Shown in pieces: positions 28,514 through 39,724 of a stretch of DNA of 64,000 bases (position 1 is the first letter of the stretch; each line of letters starts with the position of its first letter). A program made the position numbers and the translations under genes. The notes below the pieces were generated by a model, which ran no database searches, was not told the origin of the DNA, and saw nothing but the letters and a program-made list of their open reading frames with translations. Source of the DNA: Fibrobacterales bacterium (lineage in GTDB: Bacteria > Fibrobacterota > Fibrobacteria > Fibrobacterales > JAOPTW01); contig JAOPTX010000004.1 of assembly GCA_051532055.1 (NCBI GenBank), positions 94,930-158,929 of the forward strand. The letters run 5' to 3'.

Positions 28514-30598
28514 TTATCTTCCAGATTTGTGCTCAGCCATAAGCTCTTCAGAAACACTTTTGGGTACGCGAGCGTATTTTGCAAATTCCATTGAGAACTC
28601 TGCTTTACCTTGAGATTGTGATCTCAATTCAGTAGCGTATCCAAACATTTCAGAAAGCGGAACTTCTGCTGTAACGATAGTAAAGTTACCATCTTCTGTA
28701 GATCCTTGGATCATTCCACGACGTTGATTGATGTTACCAAGAATAGTACCTTGGAACTCTGTTGGAGTTTCAACTTCAACTTTCATGATAGGCTCAAGAA
28801 TAGATGGTTGTGCTCTTTCGTATGCCTGACGGAATGCAGAACGTGAACAGACTTGGAAAGCCATATCTGATGAATCCACGTCATGGTATGCACCATCGTC
28901 AAGTTCAATTTTAACACCAAGAACAGGGAAGCCAATCAGGCTACCGGCATCCATACATGATTTAAATCCTTTATCACACGCAGGAATGAATTCTTTAGGA
29001 ATGTTACCGCCAACAATATTTGATTGGAAAACATAGTTCTCTTCAGATTCTTCAAGGTCGAGAGGGATCATTTTACCAACAACTTTCGCAAATTGTCCAG
29101 AACCACCTGTTTGTTTTTTGTGTGTGTAATCAAAAGTAGTTGCAGTAGCAATAGTTTCTCTGAATGCAACCTGAGGTTTACCTGTTGTAAGCTCTACACC
29201 AAATTCACGTTTAAGACGCTCGATGTAAACTTCAAGGTGAAGCTCGCCCATACCTTTGATGATTGTTTGACCAGATTCATTGTCAACATACACTTGGAAT
29301 GTTGGATCTTCTTTAGTAAAACGGTTTAGGCCTTTTGAAAGACTCGCCATTGCATCACGATTTTGACACTCGATAACAAGTTCGATTACTGGGTTTGGTA
29401 CGTGCATAGAAGTCATGTTCACGTTTAATTTACCATCAGTAAAAGTAGTACCTGTAGCACAGTCAATACCGAAGATAGCTACGATATCACCAGCTTTTGC
29501 TTCAGAGATTTCTTCCATATCATCAGAGTGCATACGAACAAGACGACCTACGTTGTTTTTCTTACCAGTAGTCTGGTTAAAAATTGTCATACCTTTCTTG
29601 AGTGTACCTTGGTACACACGGAGGTATGAAAGTTGACCAAAACGGCCATCTTCTAGTTTAAATGCGTATGCAACAAATGAAGCATCGGCATCTGACTCAA
29701 GAATAATCTCTTCTTCATTATTGTCAATATCAAGTGCTTTGTTTTCAACATCATATGGATTTGGAAGATAATCATTCACACCATCAAGAAGTTTTTGAAC
29801 ACCAACATTTTTGTATGCAGAACCACAGAATACAGGAACAAAGTTCAAAGAAAGTGTTGCTTTACGAATTGTTGCAATAAGAAGATCTTCAGGGACTTCT
29901 TGTTCTTCCATCATGAGTTCCATGATGTCATCAGAAAAGTGTGAAACTTCATCAAGAAGGTTCTCTCTCATATCTTTTGCTTTTTGAAGAAGATCAGCAG
30001 GGATATCGTCTTCGCGAACTTCTTTGCCTTCTTCACCTTCAAAATAGAATGCTCTCATTTTAACAAGGTCAAGAACACCAGTAAGTTGATCTTCAAGACC
30101 GATTGTAGATTGAACTTGAACAGCATTAAGGTTAAGTTTTTCACGAAGTTGTTCGGTTACTTTTTCTGGGTCAGCTCCTGAACGGTCAAGCTTATTAATA
30201 AAAGCGACACGAGGAACGTTATAGCGTTTCATCTGACGGTCAACAGTGATTGACTGAGATTGTACACCAGAAACACCACAAAGTACCATGATACCACCAT
30301 CGAGTACACGTAATGAGCGCTCTACTTCAATAGTAAAGTCAACGTGACCCGGAGTATCAATGATGTTGATTGGGTTTTCTTTCCATTGACAATAGGTTGC
30401 TGCTGAAGCGATGGTAATACCACGTTCTCTTTCGAGTTCCATGTTATCCATAACTGCACCAACACCATCTTTACCACGAACTTCGTGGATCGCATGAATT
30501 TTGTCAGTGTAGTACAGAATACGTTCTGTTAGTGTTGTTTTACCAGAGTCAATATGGGCACTTATCCCAATATTCCTTTGCTTTTCTAGAGGTCTCAT
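28514..30598 (-). CDS. fusA: Elongation factor G (stand-alone, EF-G1 subtype)
   Basis: [52 protein letters not shown]. Confidence 0.97.
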   Translation of the reverse strand: MRPLEKQRNIGISAHIDSGKTTLTERILYYTDKIHAIHEVRGKDGVGAVMDNMELERERGITIASAATYCQWKENPINIIDTPGHVDFTIEVERSLRVLDGGIMVLCGVSGVQSQSITVDRQMKRYNVPRVAFINKLDRSGADPEKVTEQLREKLNLNAVQVQSTIGLEDQLTGVLDLVKMRAFYFEGEEGKEVREDDIPADLLQKAKDMRENLLDEVSHFSDDIMELMMEEQEVPEDLLIATIRKATLSLNFVPVFCGSAYKNVGVQKLLDGVNDYLPNPYDVENKALDIDNNEEEIILESDADASFVAYAFKLEDGRFGQLSYLRVYQGTLKKGMTIFNQTTGKKNNVGRLVRMHSDDMEEISEAKAGDIVAIFGIDCATGTTFTDGKLNVNMTSMHVPNPVIELVIECQNRDAMASLSKGLNRFTKEDPTFQVYVDNESGQTIIKGMGELHLEVYIERLKREFGVELTTGKPQVAFRETIATATTFDYTHKKQTGGSGQFAKVVGKMIPLDLEESEENYVFQSNIVGGNIPKEFIPACDKGFKSCMDAGSLIGFPVLGVKIELDDGAYHDVDSSDMAFQVCSRSAFRQAYERAQPSILEPIMKVEVETPTEFQGTILGNINQRRGMIQGSTEDGNFTIVTAEVPLSEMFGYATELRSQSQGKAEFSMEFAKYARVPKSVSEELMAEHKSGR

Positions 30599-30811
30599 AG
30601 CTTCTCGATTTTTAGTTTATTTTTTGTTTGAATTGGCGCTAAATTTAAAAAATGAGTCATAAATTGCAACCCGATAGCTTGAATTAGCTTCCGAGATGGC
30701 CAATGTAATGTGATAGTATTTGTGAATGTAAAGATGAGGGGCTTTTAAATGGTAAAAAAGGGCCAAATAATCAAATTGAGAGAGGGTGTAATCTTATGTA
30801 AAAAAAGACTA

Positions 30812-31378
30812 TTACCCTTCTGCATAGAGTTTTTTGGGGTTTTCTTTGATTACAGAGTAGAGAATTCTCCCAAGCTTGTAGCGACTGTCAATTGGGGTGC
30901 CTACTTGTGCTATTTTTTCAAAATAGTCGAGATTAATATCTTTGAGTTGAGTGGTATATTCTTGAATATCTTCAACATAGCCACTTTCTTGACCAGGAGA
31001 CCGTAACAGGTCTAAATCAGCTATATAGCCATCGAGTTCAAGGTCTGTTTCAAGACGGCAACGCTCGTACTCAATGGAGTTTTTAATTTCATTGAGATAT
31101 TTTATGAAGAAGATCTCTTCTTGAAGTACTCCATAGTCTTGGTTGTCTCTATAGTGTTGAATTTGTTCTCGCTCAATACCCCAAATGGCATCTTTTGAAA
31201 ACCTAATACAAGTGTCAAGCAGTTTTAAAATTTCGTTGAGATCTGAAATTTCACGACACTCTTCAGAAGTGTTACAGGGGTTATTCAAATGAAACTGTTT
31301 AAGAAAAGTGAGGACTTTTTCGTAAGCTGCATTACGTTGTAGACAGGCAAATCTTCTGTTTTGAATAATTGAATCCAT
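30812..31378 (-). CDS. Hypothetical helical protein, last gene of the sigma-Rel operon
   Basis: 188-aa ORF starting 6 bp after the rel stop; no recognised motif. Confidence 0.65.
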   Translation of the reverse strand: MDSIIQNRRFACLQRNAAYEKVLTFLKQFHLNNPCNTSEECREISDLNEILKLLDTCIRFSKDAIWGIEREQIQHYRDNQDYGVLQEEIFFIKYLNEIKNSIEYERCRLETDLELDGYIADLDLLRSPGQESGYVEDIQEYTTQLKDINLDYFEKIAQVGTPIDSRYKLGRILYSVIKENPKKLYAEG

Positions 31379-31384
31379 AAGTCA

Positions 31385-33529
31385 TTACCTCTCATTACGG
31401 TATACTTTGAGTACACCTGGTATGTTTTTAATATCGTCCATTACCTCTTTCAGCTGATAGAGGTCTTTAACCTTGAGCCTAAAGCGGTTTCGTGCTTGAG
31501 TCCCCGATGTTACGACAGAAGCTCTGTCAATAGCAATGCCAGAGTGCTTTGAAAATACGGTCGTTATTTGATCAAGAAGCTGATTGCGGTTGTTTGCCAG
31601 TACCTCTAAACGTACATCGTAACTGACATCAGACGTACTATCCCATTTAACTGGTATATAGTTTTCATTTTCACGTACGTTATCTGCTTTGCTACACGAC
31701 TCTTTGTGAATAATAATACCAGTACCATGTGAAAGATACCCAACAATGGTATCACCTGGTAGAGGATGACAGCATTTAGAGAAGGAGATCATCATGTTAC
31801 TCTGTTTACTTACCATAAAATACTGTTCAGGTGTAGGTACTAACGATTCACTTTCCTCAGGGCCGGTAATGTAGAAAGTACGGAGAAAGTTACCGAGATT
31901 GTGAATTGATAGGTCACCTGTTCCGATTCGGTGGAAAAGGGCGTCCCATGTTTTGTGCATTCCAAATTCGTTGTTAAAATCATTGAGCTTTAACTGATGC
32001 TCCTTAATGATCTTAAGGTGTTTGTATTCACGCTTGAGAATAGCTTTCCCTAAATTAGTAATCTGGGAGTTTTCAAATTTTCTATGCCACTTGCGAACTG
32101 CTGCTTTTGCTTTGTGGGTTTTACAGAGATTAAGCCAATCGAGAGTGGGTTGTTGATGCTCACTCTTAATTATATTTATTCTATTGCCATAGACTAGTAC
32201 ATGATCGATATTTACAAATTGCTCATCTATTTTAGCTCCAATACAGTGAGAACCTATGTTGGTATGAATAGCAAATGCAAAGTCCAGAACAGTAGCACCA
32301 TCGGGAAGTGAAATAGTGTCACCTTTTGGGGTATATACAATAAGCTCTTTAGGTTTTAGATCGATTCTAAAAAATTCGAGGAACTCACTTGAATCTGATA
32401 TTTCTTTTTGAATATTTACCATCTGGTCGAGCCAGTCAATGTGGTGAGATGAATTATTGATCTCTTTATAGGACCAGTGTGCCGCAAAACCACGCTCTGA
32501 GACATTGTCCATCTCCCTGGTTCGTAGTTGAATCTCGATCAGTTTCTCTGCAGGGCCTACTACGGTAGTATGTAGAGATTGGTAAAGATTGGACTTGGGG
32601 AGAGCAATGAAATCTTTAAAACGTGATTGAAGGGGGCGCCATAAGTTGTGTACATGTCCAAGAACGGAATAACAGGTATTAGGGTCATCAACAATGATTC
32701 TAATGGCAAAGAGGTCAAAAATTTCATCAAAGGAACAGCCACGACTCGATATTTTTTTATGGATCGAATAGAGGTTTTTAGGGCGTCCTTGCACTGTGGC
32801 AGAAATTGCTTCTGCATTAAGCTTCAGCTTGAGAGTTTCGACAACATGCTTTATGTATTTTTCACGCTCATCTTTATCTTCAAAGAAACACTGTATTAAA
32901 AAGTTGTATTGATCAGGGTTAAGGTACTTAAAGGAAAGATCTTCTAGTTCCGATTTGATTTTATTCAGACCAAATCGGTGAGCAAGGGGAGCGTATACTT
33001 CAAGCGTTTCAGTAGCAATTGTCTTTTTTTTGTCAGAAGGTACATAGGTGAGCGTACGCATGTTATGAAGCCTGTCGGCAAACTTAATCATGATCACTCG
33101 TGTGTCTTTGGCCATGGAAAGGAGTAGTTTACGATAGGTCTCTGCTTTTCGGTCGAGACGAGACTTCTCTTGGAGTGCAGATATTTTAGTTACCGCGTCC
33201 ACCATAAAAGCTATTTCATAATCGAACTTTTCTTTAATGTCATTAAAGGTAAAAGCGGTGTCTTCTATAACATCATGGAGAAGCCCTGCAATAATAGTTG
33301 CAGTGTCTACTTGATAATCTGCAAGAATTTTAGCAACTTCAATGGGATGTTCAGCATAGGGCATACCACTTTTGCGGAATTGATTTGCATGGGCTTCTAT
33401 TGAAAATATGATGGCTTTGCCGATCTGGTCGAGATCTACTGCACTATTTTTTTTCTGTATGTAACTCAGAAGGTGTTCACGGGTTATTTCACTATCCTGA
33501 ATTATTGAAGGGCGCGGTACTGAGGTCAT
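31385..33529 (-). CDS. rel: Long bifunctional (p)ppGpp synthetase/hydrolase (RelA/SpoT homolog)
   Basis: RKSG.PY..HP, LLHDVIEDT (HD), ADRLHNMRT, RFKD, YQSLHT, EIQLRT, TGS (DFAFAIHT), CCHPLPGD, ACT-like end. Confidence 0.95.
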   Translation of the reverse strand: MTSVPRPSIIQDSEITREHLLSYIQKKNSAVDLDQIGKAIIFSIEAHANQFRKSGMPYAEHPIEVAKILADYQVDTATIIAGLLHDVIEDTAFTFNDIKEKFDYEIAFMVDAVTKISALQEKSRLDRKAETYRKLLLSMAKDTRVIMIKFADRLHNMRTLTYVPSDKKKTIATETLEVYAPLAHRFGLNKIKSELEDLSFKYLNPDQYNFLIQCFFEDKDEREKYIKHVVETLKLKLNAEAISATVQGRPKNLYSIHKKISSRGCSFDEIFDLFAIRIIVDDPNTCYSVLGHVHNLWRPLQSRFKDFIALPKSNLYQSLHTTVVGPAEKLIEIQLRTREMDNVSERGFAAHWSYKEINNSSHHIDWLDQMVNIQKEISDSSEFLEFFRIDLKPKELIVYTPKGDTISLPDGATVLDFAFAIHTNIGSHCIGAKIDEQFVNIDHVLVYGNRINIIKSEHQQPTLDWLNLCKTHKAKAAVRKWHRKFENSQITNLGKAILKREYKHLKIIKEHQLKLNDFNNEFGMHKTWDALFHRIGTGDLSIHNLGNFLRTFYITGPEESESLVPTPEQYFMVSKQSNMMISFSKCCHPLPGDTIVGYLSHGTGIIIHKESCSKADNVRENENYIPVKWDSTSDVSYDVRLEVLANNRNQLLDQITTVFSKHSGIAIDRASVVTSGTQARNRFRLKVKDLYQLKEVMDDIKNIPGVLKVYRNER

Positions 33530-33530
33530 A

Positions 33531-35723
33531 TTATCCGTTTTCTAGGTTGTCTATCTTTGCATCTGCTTCACCTAAAAGATACTCAAGTTTTGCTATTTTT
33601 TCAGATATCTCAGTAATACGAATGTTTTCTTCACTCAAAAGTTCAGTTTCGGACTGAATCTCAGTAAAGAGGTTTTGCAAGGTAGACATTTTCTTCTCAG
33701 AGTCTTTGAGCATACTCCGCATAACCGAGACCTCTTTCATCTTCTGCTCTAATTGAACCATAGAGTTTTGGACTTGAACATGAGAATTTTCAATTGCCTT
33801 AAGCTCATCCTGAGTTGATTGTATGAGGGAAATTTTCTCATCAGTTGTTGATATTACTTCACTAAGGTTGTTAATAGACTCTTGTGCTTGTCTAATGCCT
33901 CTATGCTCATTAGATATGTCATCGATACTACTGTGTAGTTTATCGATAGTGAGGTCAAGTTGTTTAATACGGGCATCGGCCTCTTCAATGTGGCTTCTCT
34001 GCTTTTGAAGGGTTTCAATATCAATATTGAGTTTATCGACCATTGATGATGTTTCGTGAAATTTATTTTCAAGTTGGGTAATGACATCTTTCTCAGAATC
34101 GAGGGTTGCTAGTTTTTTACCAATTTTTGTTTCAAGGTCTTCAAAGTTGTCAGTATACTGTCTGAATTGTTTTTCGATTGCCTTAAACTCATCTTTGTTT
34201 TTAGCAAACTGAATAGGTAAACTCTCGGTAAGGGCTTTGAGTTGTTGGGTCTGCTCCATGAGAGTTTCGTTCTTTTTTGAAAGTTCTAAATCTTGTGAAT
34301 TCATACTCATGATTTTGTCTTCGATCTGCTTTTCAAGCTTCTCCATGTACTGAAGACGAGAGTTGAGTGAATGAGCGCGATCTTCTTGTTGTTGGAGGTC
34401 ATGAAATCGAAGTGCAAATTCATCGAGTGTAGAATTGAGAGTTGCAGTACGTTTATCCAAGGTGTCAATGACGTTACCCTGTTTGAGTATATGTGTTTTT
34501 ATCTGTTGGTGCGCTTTTTCAACAAGATTAATTTTTTTGTGAAGCTCTTCAAACTGGATTGTTTTTTCTTCGAGTTTTTCAATTTTATTGAGAGAGTTTT
34601 CGTATGAGTTTTTAACTTTTTCTTGGTTAATGGTAAGGTCTTGAATTTGTCTTTTTACATTTTCAAGAAACTCAATTTGGTGCCCAACCTCTTTACCATG
34701 ATTCATGAGGGCGTTAATTTTTTCCTCAACTTCATGAATATGAGACTTTTCTTCGTGAATAGAAGCGAGTTGACCTTCGAGTTTACTTAAATCCTCAGAT
34801 ACTTCTTGTAAACGTCCGAGTTCAGAATCAATAGTACTCTGTTTCTCGTGAGATGCTTTAATAGTATTTTCGAGTCTTTTAAGGTTCTCTTCTGTATGCT
34901 CACTTTTTTCGGAAAGTGATTCAATTTGAGTTTCAAATTTTTTGAGTTCCACAATACGGTTTTCAATGTCACGCACAGTCAATTCAGATTTGCTCAATGA
35001 GTTCATTACTGAAGAGAAGTGTTTCTTTTGATCTTCTAGTCGTCCGGTGAAATCTTGAACTTCACTAATCTGCGATTGGACTTTGTCGGCTTTTTGTAAG
35101 GTCTCATCAATAACCTGTCGGCTGGTGTTGAAGTTTTCATACTTCTCTTCCATGGTTGCTTCAAGCTCATTGAGATCATTAATAAACTGTTTCGAGTTTC
35201 TGAGGGCTTTTTCTACATCTTTAAGTTCGGGATATTTTGTCTCGATACGGGTGAGAATGGTATCGAGCCGAGTGATATTTTTGTCCGCTTTAGTTATAAG
35301 CTTGTTTTCAGATTCGAGTTCTTTAATTTTTTTCTTGTTTTCCCACAAGAGTCGGTTGAGCATACTGGCATCTTCAAGAGCTCGGTCGACAACGTTTTTT
35401 TGGAGTTCAAGGCTATGAATTTTGTTTTTTATATAGGATGCACGTTTACCATTTTTTTCAATTGCAAGCTTTTGATCATCGAATTCATTAAGAGATTCGG
35501 TAATTTCTTGCATATGCTCTTTAACGATAACAGCTTGTCTTCGATAATCTTCTTCGAGATTACGGAGTTGGAGTGCATTCGTCTCATCAAACTCAGATAT
35601 CTTTTGCGTGGGAATAGGCAAGTTCTTGTTTTGCTCACGTAACTCCGTAACTTCGGATTGCAAAGAGGTTACAATTGTGGTTAAATCGTTGTAACTTTGG
35701 TTGGTATCGTTTGTATCACTCAT
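33531..35723 (-). CDS. 730-aa all coiled-coil protein of unknown function
   Basis: Continuous heptad-like E/K/Q/L-rich sequence, almost no Pro, no TM or ATPase motif; ends 1 bp before rel. Confidence 0.8.
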   Translation of the reverse strand: MSDTNDTNQSYNDLTTIVTSLQSEVTELREQNKNLPIPTQKISEFDETNALQLRNLEEDYRRQAVIVKEHMQEITESLNEFDDQKLAIEKNGKRASYIKNKIHSLELQKNVVDRALEDASMLNRLLWENKKKIKELESENKLITKADKNITRLDTILTRIETKYPELKDVEKALRNSKQFINDLNELEATMEEKYENFNTSRQVIDETLQKADKVQSQISEVQDFTGRLEDQKKHFSSVMNSLSKSELTVRDIENRIVELKKFETQIESLSEKSEHTEENLKRLENTIKASHEKQSTIDSELGRLQEVSEDLSKLEGQLASIHEEKSHIHEVEEKINALMNHGKEVGHQIEFLENVKRQIQDLTINQEKVKNSYENSLNKIEKLEEKTIQFEELHKKINLVEKAHQQIKTHILKQGNVIDTLDKRTATLNSTLDEFALRFHDLQQQEDRAHSLNSRLQYMEKLEKQIEDKIMSMNSQDLELSKKNETLMEQTQQLKALTESLPIQFAKNKDEFKAIEKQFRQYTDNFEDLETKIGKKLATLDSEKDVITQLENKFHETSSMVDKLNIDIETLQKQRSHIEEADARIKQLDLTIDKLHSSIDDISNEHRGIRQAQESINNLSEVISTTDEKISLIQSTQDELKAIENSHVQVQNSMVQLEQKMKEVSVMRSMLKDSEKKMSTLQNLFTEIQSETELLSEENIRITEISEKIAKLEYLLGEADAKIDNLENG

Positions 35724-35731
35724 GAAGTCTT

Positions 35732-37132
35732 CTACTTTTCGGTATTTATTAACCAGTTATCGTTATGTTTTTTTAAATAGAGATGTTTTGTGCGCTTGCC
35801 CCAATTTTTGGATCGTGTACCCGTGAAAGCTGTGTAATCCTGTAAAAATGATACTTGAATAAGGGTGTCACTTTTGTGGAACACTTGAATTCTTTCAATT
35901 TTTACACTGATAGAATCCTTGCCTCCAAAAATCATTGCTTTTCTCTCTATAAATGCATTTTTACTGCGGCTTCTATTATCAATAAAGTTCGGGTGATAGA
36001 AGGTGCCATACTCTTTTGCATTACGGGACTCCCATGCGGTTTTCCATTTGCTTACAAACTCTCTGAAATAATCGTACGTCTCTTGTGATGTTGATTGAAT
36101 TTTTTCTTTAGTGAGGTAATTAGACTCTTTTTTAGAAAAGGTATTCGCTTGTGAAAAAATTGATGTGAGCTGTTCTTTGCTTTGCCCCACCTTAACATAA
36201 TTGTTGTAAATGTCTGGGTATTCTTTGGAGAGGCGGGCAACTGAAAAAATTTCTTCAAGTTTTTGTTTAGGAGGCTCTGGAAGGATAGTTACGGGAGTGC
36301 CGATCGTCAGGTAAGGGGCAAGTTTTACAACATCTTTATTCGCAAGAGCGACACACCCTTTGGTGTAGACTGGTGTGAGGCCAAATTCGACACCATGAAT
36401 CCATATACCACTGCCTGTTTTTCCCGTTTTAACATCCGTTTCATTGGGATAGTTTAATTTAAAGACAAGTGCTCCATAGAGATAGCCTTGTGATGGGCCT
36501 GTGCGGATATCCTTAATAAAATAGTTTCCTTCAGGAGTTTTCTTATCACCTTCAACCTGTTTATCTCCTTCAAATTCACCCGTTGCGATACTGAGACTTT
36601 GAACAATATCCCATTTTTGATTGGTCTGTTTGACAATGTGCAGGGCTTTTGTTGATTTGATGACGAGTACTGCATATTGAGGGATAGGGATTGCTGGAAT
36701 GGGTTCAGCTTTTTTTTTCACAGTATTTGGTGGTGTCTCTTTAGCTTTTGTAACAATAGATACAGGTGTCGCTATTGTCGTGGGGGTTTCTATATGTTTT
36801 ACTGAAGGACTGGGTGACTCAACTATCGAATCAGAACTAATAAAATCAGGCAGTAACATGATTGATAGATAGGCAATAGTAATAGCAATGAGTGCTATAA
36901 AAAACTTAAAAATATGAGGGCGAAGAAACCGAAAAGGAGCTCGAAAATCGAGCTCTGGAACTTCTATATCTATAGGGGTATAGAACGGAATATTTACTGA
37001 GTCCGGCTTGAATGCCTGGGCTACAGATCTGCGATCCCGTTTGATTTTGGCTAAAAAAGCTCTATTTTCCAAACGGTACTGCAACTGTTCTATGTATGAA
37101 TTACTAAATAATTTCATACCCCTAAAATACAT
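35732..37132 (-). CDS. Membrane-anchored L,D-transpeptidase (YkuD) family protein with C-terminal NTF2/SnoaL-like domain
   Basis: One [39 protein letters not shown] (His/Cys catalytic motif); WKTAWESRN...Y..FY. Confidence 0.9.
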   Translation of the reverse strand: MYFRGMKLFSNSYIEQLQYRLENRAFLAKIKRDRRSVAQAFKPDSVNIPFYTPIDIEVPELDFRAPFRFLRPHIFKFFIALIAITIAYLSIMLLPDFISSDSIVESPSPSVKHIETPTTIATPVSIVTKAKETPPNTVKKKAEPIPAIPIPQYAVLVIKSTKALHIVKQTNQKWDIVQSLSIATGEFEGDKQVEGDKKTPEGNYFIKDIRTGPSQGYLYGALVFKLNYPNETDVKTGKTGSGIWIHGVEFGLTPVYTKGCVALANKDVVKLAPYLTIGTPVTILPEPPKQKLEEIFSVARLSKEYPDIYNNYVKVGQSKEQLTSIFSQANTFSKKESNYLTKEKIQSTSQETYDYFREFVSKWKTAWESRNAKEYGTFYHPNFIDNRSRSKNAFIERKAMIFGGKDSISVKIERIQVFHKSDTLIQVSFLQDYTAFTGTRSKNWGKRTKHLYLKKHNDNWLINTEK

Positions 37133-38456
37133 TAAGATCTTGAATATTTGAAGAGTATTCCATGAGTTGCTTCATCCTACTTGGATGTTTCAATTTAGAA
37201 ATAGCCTTCGATTCAATTTGTCTTACTCGTTCCCGTGAAATGTTAAAGATCTCCCCTGTCTCTTTGAGAGTTTTTATACGTCCATCATCAATACCAAATC
37301 GCATTTTGACAATGTCAGCTTCTTTTTCATCAAGAGAATCAAGAATTTCATGAATTAGGTTTTTTAAAATTTCGTTATTGATCGACTGCGATGGAGCTTC
37401 GGTTGTCGTATCAGCAAGAAAATCCGAAAAAGTTGTGGTATTATCGCCTGAAGTAAAGTTATCCAGTGATACAGGTTCTTGTGAGATTTCGAGTGCTAAC
37501 GTTACTTTTTTGCTCGATAGTCCTGTCATGTTAACGAGTTCTTCAATCGTCGGCTCATATCCATAATCTTGAACGAGCTGTCGTGATGCTTTTAATACTT
37601 TACGTACGACATCTTGCATATTTGATGGTATACGAATGGTTTTTGATTTGTCTGATATCGCACGGGTAATTGCTTGTTTAATCCACCATGTTGAATAGGT
37701 AGAGAACTTATAACCTTTGGTGTAATCAAAGTTTTCGACAGCTTTTATAAGTCCTGTATTGCCCTCTTGTACAAGGTCAATAAGTTCCATTCCTCGGGTA
37801 ATATATTTTTTGGCAACACTAATTACCAAGCGAACATTAGCATTGATGAGACGCTCTTTTGTTTGGTTGCGTATCATCTCCCATTGAGAGAGCTGCTTCA
37901 TGTTGTCATGATGAATATTATGTTTAGTGCAGTGTGTTTTATACTGATTAATCAGTTTATCAGTCTGCTTGTGATTGAGCTTTAGTGAAACGGTCAGCTC
38001 TTTAATTTTATAAAAGGTCTTTTGGGCCTTGGCCTCTTTTTTATCGATACTCTCTTGGTCTTCTTGTCGTTCAACCGAAAGAGTATAGGTTCTGTGGTTT
38101 TTTTGCCACGTTTTATACCGTTTCTCGAGTTCTTTAAATGTTTCAAAAACCTGAGCTTCAACTGCTTCGTACTTTACAGTGTTACTCCATGCTTCGGAAG
38201 GAAGTTGAAAGATATCCTCAATTTTAAACTCTTGGTTATGCAATTGTTCTGAAAGCTCAGAGATTGTTTGAATAACGCTCGGGGAGTCAAATATTATGAG
38301 ACAAATTTTAGCTTGGATCTGATTAATAGTTTTGGCGAGTGTAATCTCCTCTTCTTTTGTTAAAAGAGGAACTTTGCCAATAGAACTCAAATAGAGCCAG
38401 GTAGGATCTGAAAATTTTCCAGGTAGTGCTTTTTTCATATTTTTTGTGACAGCCAT
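37122..38456 (-). CDS. Divergent RpoD-like sigma-70 factor lacking region 1.1
   Basis: Region 1.2 [18 protein letters not shown]; region 2 [36 protein letters not shown]; region 4 SRERVRQIE. Confidence 0.92.
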   Translation of the reverse strand: MAVTKNMKKALPGKFSDPTWLYLSSIGKVPLLTKEEEITLAKTINQIQAKICLIIFDSPSVIQTISELSEQLHNQEFKIEDIFQLPSEAWSNTVKYEAVEAQVFETFKELEKRYKTWQKNHRTYTLSVERQEDQESIDKKEAKAQKTFYKIKELTVSLKLNHKQTDKLINQYKTHCTKHNIHHDNMKQLSQWEMIRNQTKERLINANVRLVISVAKKYITRGMELIDLVQEGNTGLIKAVENFDYTKGYKFSTYSTWWIKQAITRAISDKSKTIRIPSNMQDVVRKVLKASRQLVQDYGYEPTIEELVNMTGLSSKKVTLALEISQEPVSLDNFTSGDNTTTFSDFLADTTTEAPSQSINNEILKNLIHEILDSLDEKEADIVKMRFGIDDGRIKTLKETGEIFNISRERVRQIESKAISKLKHPSRMKQLMEYSSNIQDLNVF

Positions 38457-38665
38457 TAAACCCTCATATAAAAGGTATTCGAATTTGATTTGTTTGAGTG
38501 TTTATTTTATCATAAAAGAACGTTTAATGCAAAATTATTGTTAACAATTCAGGTGTAATCTCAATAATTAATCTAAAAGTTGAACTAAAACCTGAAAAAT
38601 GTATCTGATAGATATGCTTTAGTGCGCTTTTTTAACTTAATGAGTTAAAAAAAGTAAAATTTGAT

Positions 38666-39562
38666 TTACTTGGCTTTTAAATTATTGAGGTAGTATGTGG
38701 GTCTAATTGTGAGCTCATACTCTTCATCTCGCAGAGAACTTTCCGCACCATTTCCGGTAAGAACGAGAGCAGTGTCGATCCCTTGTAAATTTGCTCCTGC
38801 AATATCAGTACCTAAAGTATCTCCAATCATTATGACCGATCCCGTTGAGGGAATGAGTGATTGTAGCGCTCGAGTGTAGATGAGGGGATAGGGTTTACCA
38901 AGATGGAGAATATTACAGCCAGACCGTTTGTGGAGGTCCCAACCGTAGTATCCTACCGTTGGATAAGGACTTTCGCCTTTGAGTGGTGCAAATGCATCTG
39001 GGTTGAGTACGATAAGAAGGGAACCTTCTTTTTGCAAAATGTATTCTGCATGTTCAAAATCACTCTCAGTGAACTCTTGTGAGTTAAGAATGACAATTGG
39101 TTGGTTTGGGGTAGTGGTTATTGAAACGCCCCCATCTTCAACGAGTGCTTTGGCGGTATCTGCCCCTAAATGAAATGCTTCACTAATATTAAGGGTACTA
39201 TTAAGTGTTTTAAAGAGGGACCCTGAACTAATAATTTCAGTTGGATGAAAATAGAGACCATCTTCACTTAGTTTTTTTTGAATTTCTTTAATAGTGAGAG
39301 AACCGGAATTCGTGACGAGTCGAATCTGCTTAAAATGTTGTCTGAGAAGCATAAGAGATTCTTCTGCGTAGTCGTACAGTCCACTTTTGTCATAAAATGT
39401 ACCAAACCCATCAAAGAGGAAATTGTCGTAGTATTTGGCCAGTAGTGGAATGGAAACGACTTTGGGCTCATTTTTTAGGTCGCAATCAAATGACTTACCT
39501 ATAGTCTTAAAGTAGGCTTTGTAGATCTCAGTACTACTATATTGGTATTGGGTTTGCTCCAT
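38666..39562 (-). CDS. HAD-superfamily subfamily IIA (NagD-like) hydrolase
   Basis: FLFDGFGT, VTNSG, NPD, GKPYP, MIGDTLGTDIAGA, LVLTG. Confidence 0.85.
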   Translation of the reverse strand: MEQTQYQYSSTEIYKAYFKTIGKSFDCDLKNEPKVVSIPLLAKYYDNFLFDGFGTFYDKSGLYDYAEESLMLLRQHFKQIRLVTNSGSLTIKEIQKKLSEDGLYFHPTEIISSGSLFKTLNSTLNISEAFHLGADTAKALVEDGGVSITTTPNQPIVILNSQEFTESDFEHAEYILQKEGSLLIVLNPDAFAPLKGESPYPTVGYYGWDLHKRSGCNILHLGKPYPLIYTRALQSLIPSTGSVIMIGDTLGTDIAGANLQGIDTALVLTGNGAESSLRDEEYELTIRPTYYLNNLKAK

Positions 39563-39670
39563 GTGAGAAATATAGTTAGAAGCGGAAACAAGAAGGCACT
39601 TTTTTATAGTTGGGCAGAATGGGAGAACAGTATTGATTTTATGATTGTTAGACCATGATACTGTAAAAAC

Positions 39671-39703
39671 AAAAGCAGAGAGTGGGTATCACCTCTGCTT
39701 TTT
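39671..39703 (-). terminator. Intrinsic terminator
   Basis: aaaagcagag...ctctgcttttt downstream of the 39725 stop. Confidence 0.75.
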
Positions 39704-39724
39704 GTTAACTACTGCTATTCTCTT

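Noticed and set aside
33531..35723. SMC/Rad50 or defence-system ATPase interpretation of the coiled-coil protein
   Set aside because: No Walker A/B, signature or hinge motif seen
38666..39562. HAD motif I DGFG (second Asp missing) as a pseudoenzyme
   Set aside because: The nucleophile Asp and later motifs are intact, and DxF/W/Y variants occur in HAD-IIA subfamilies
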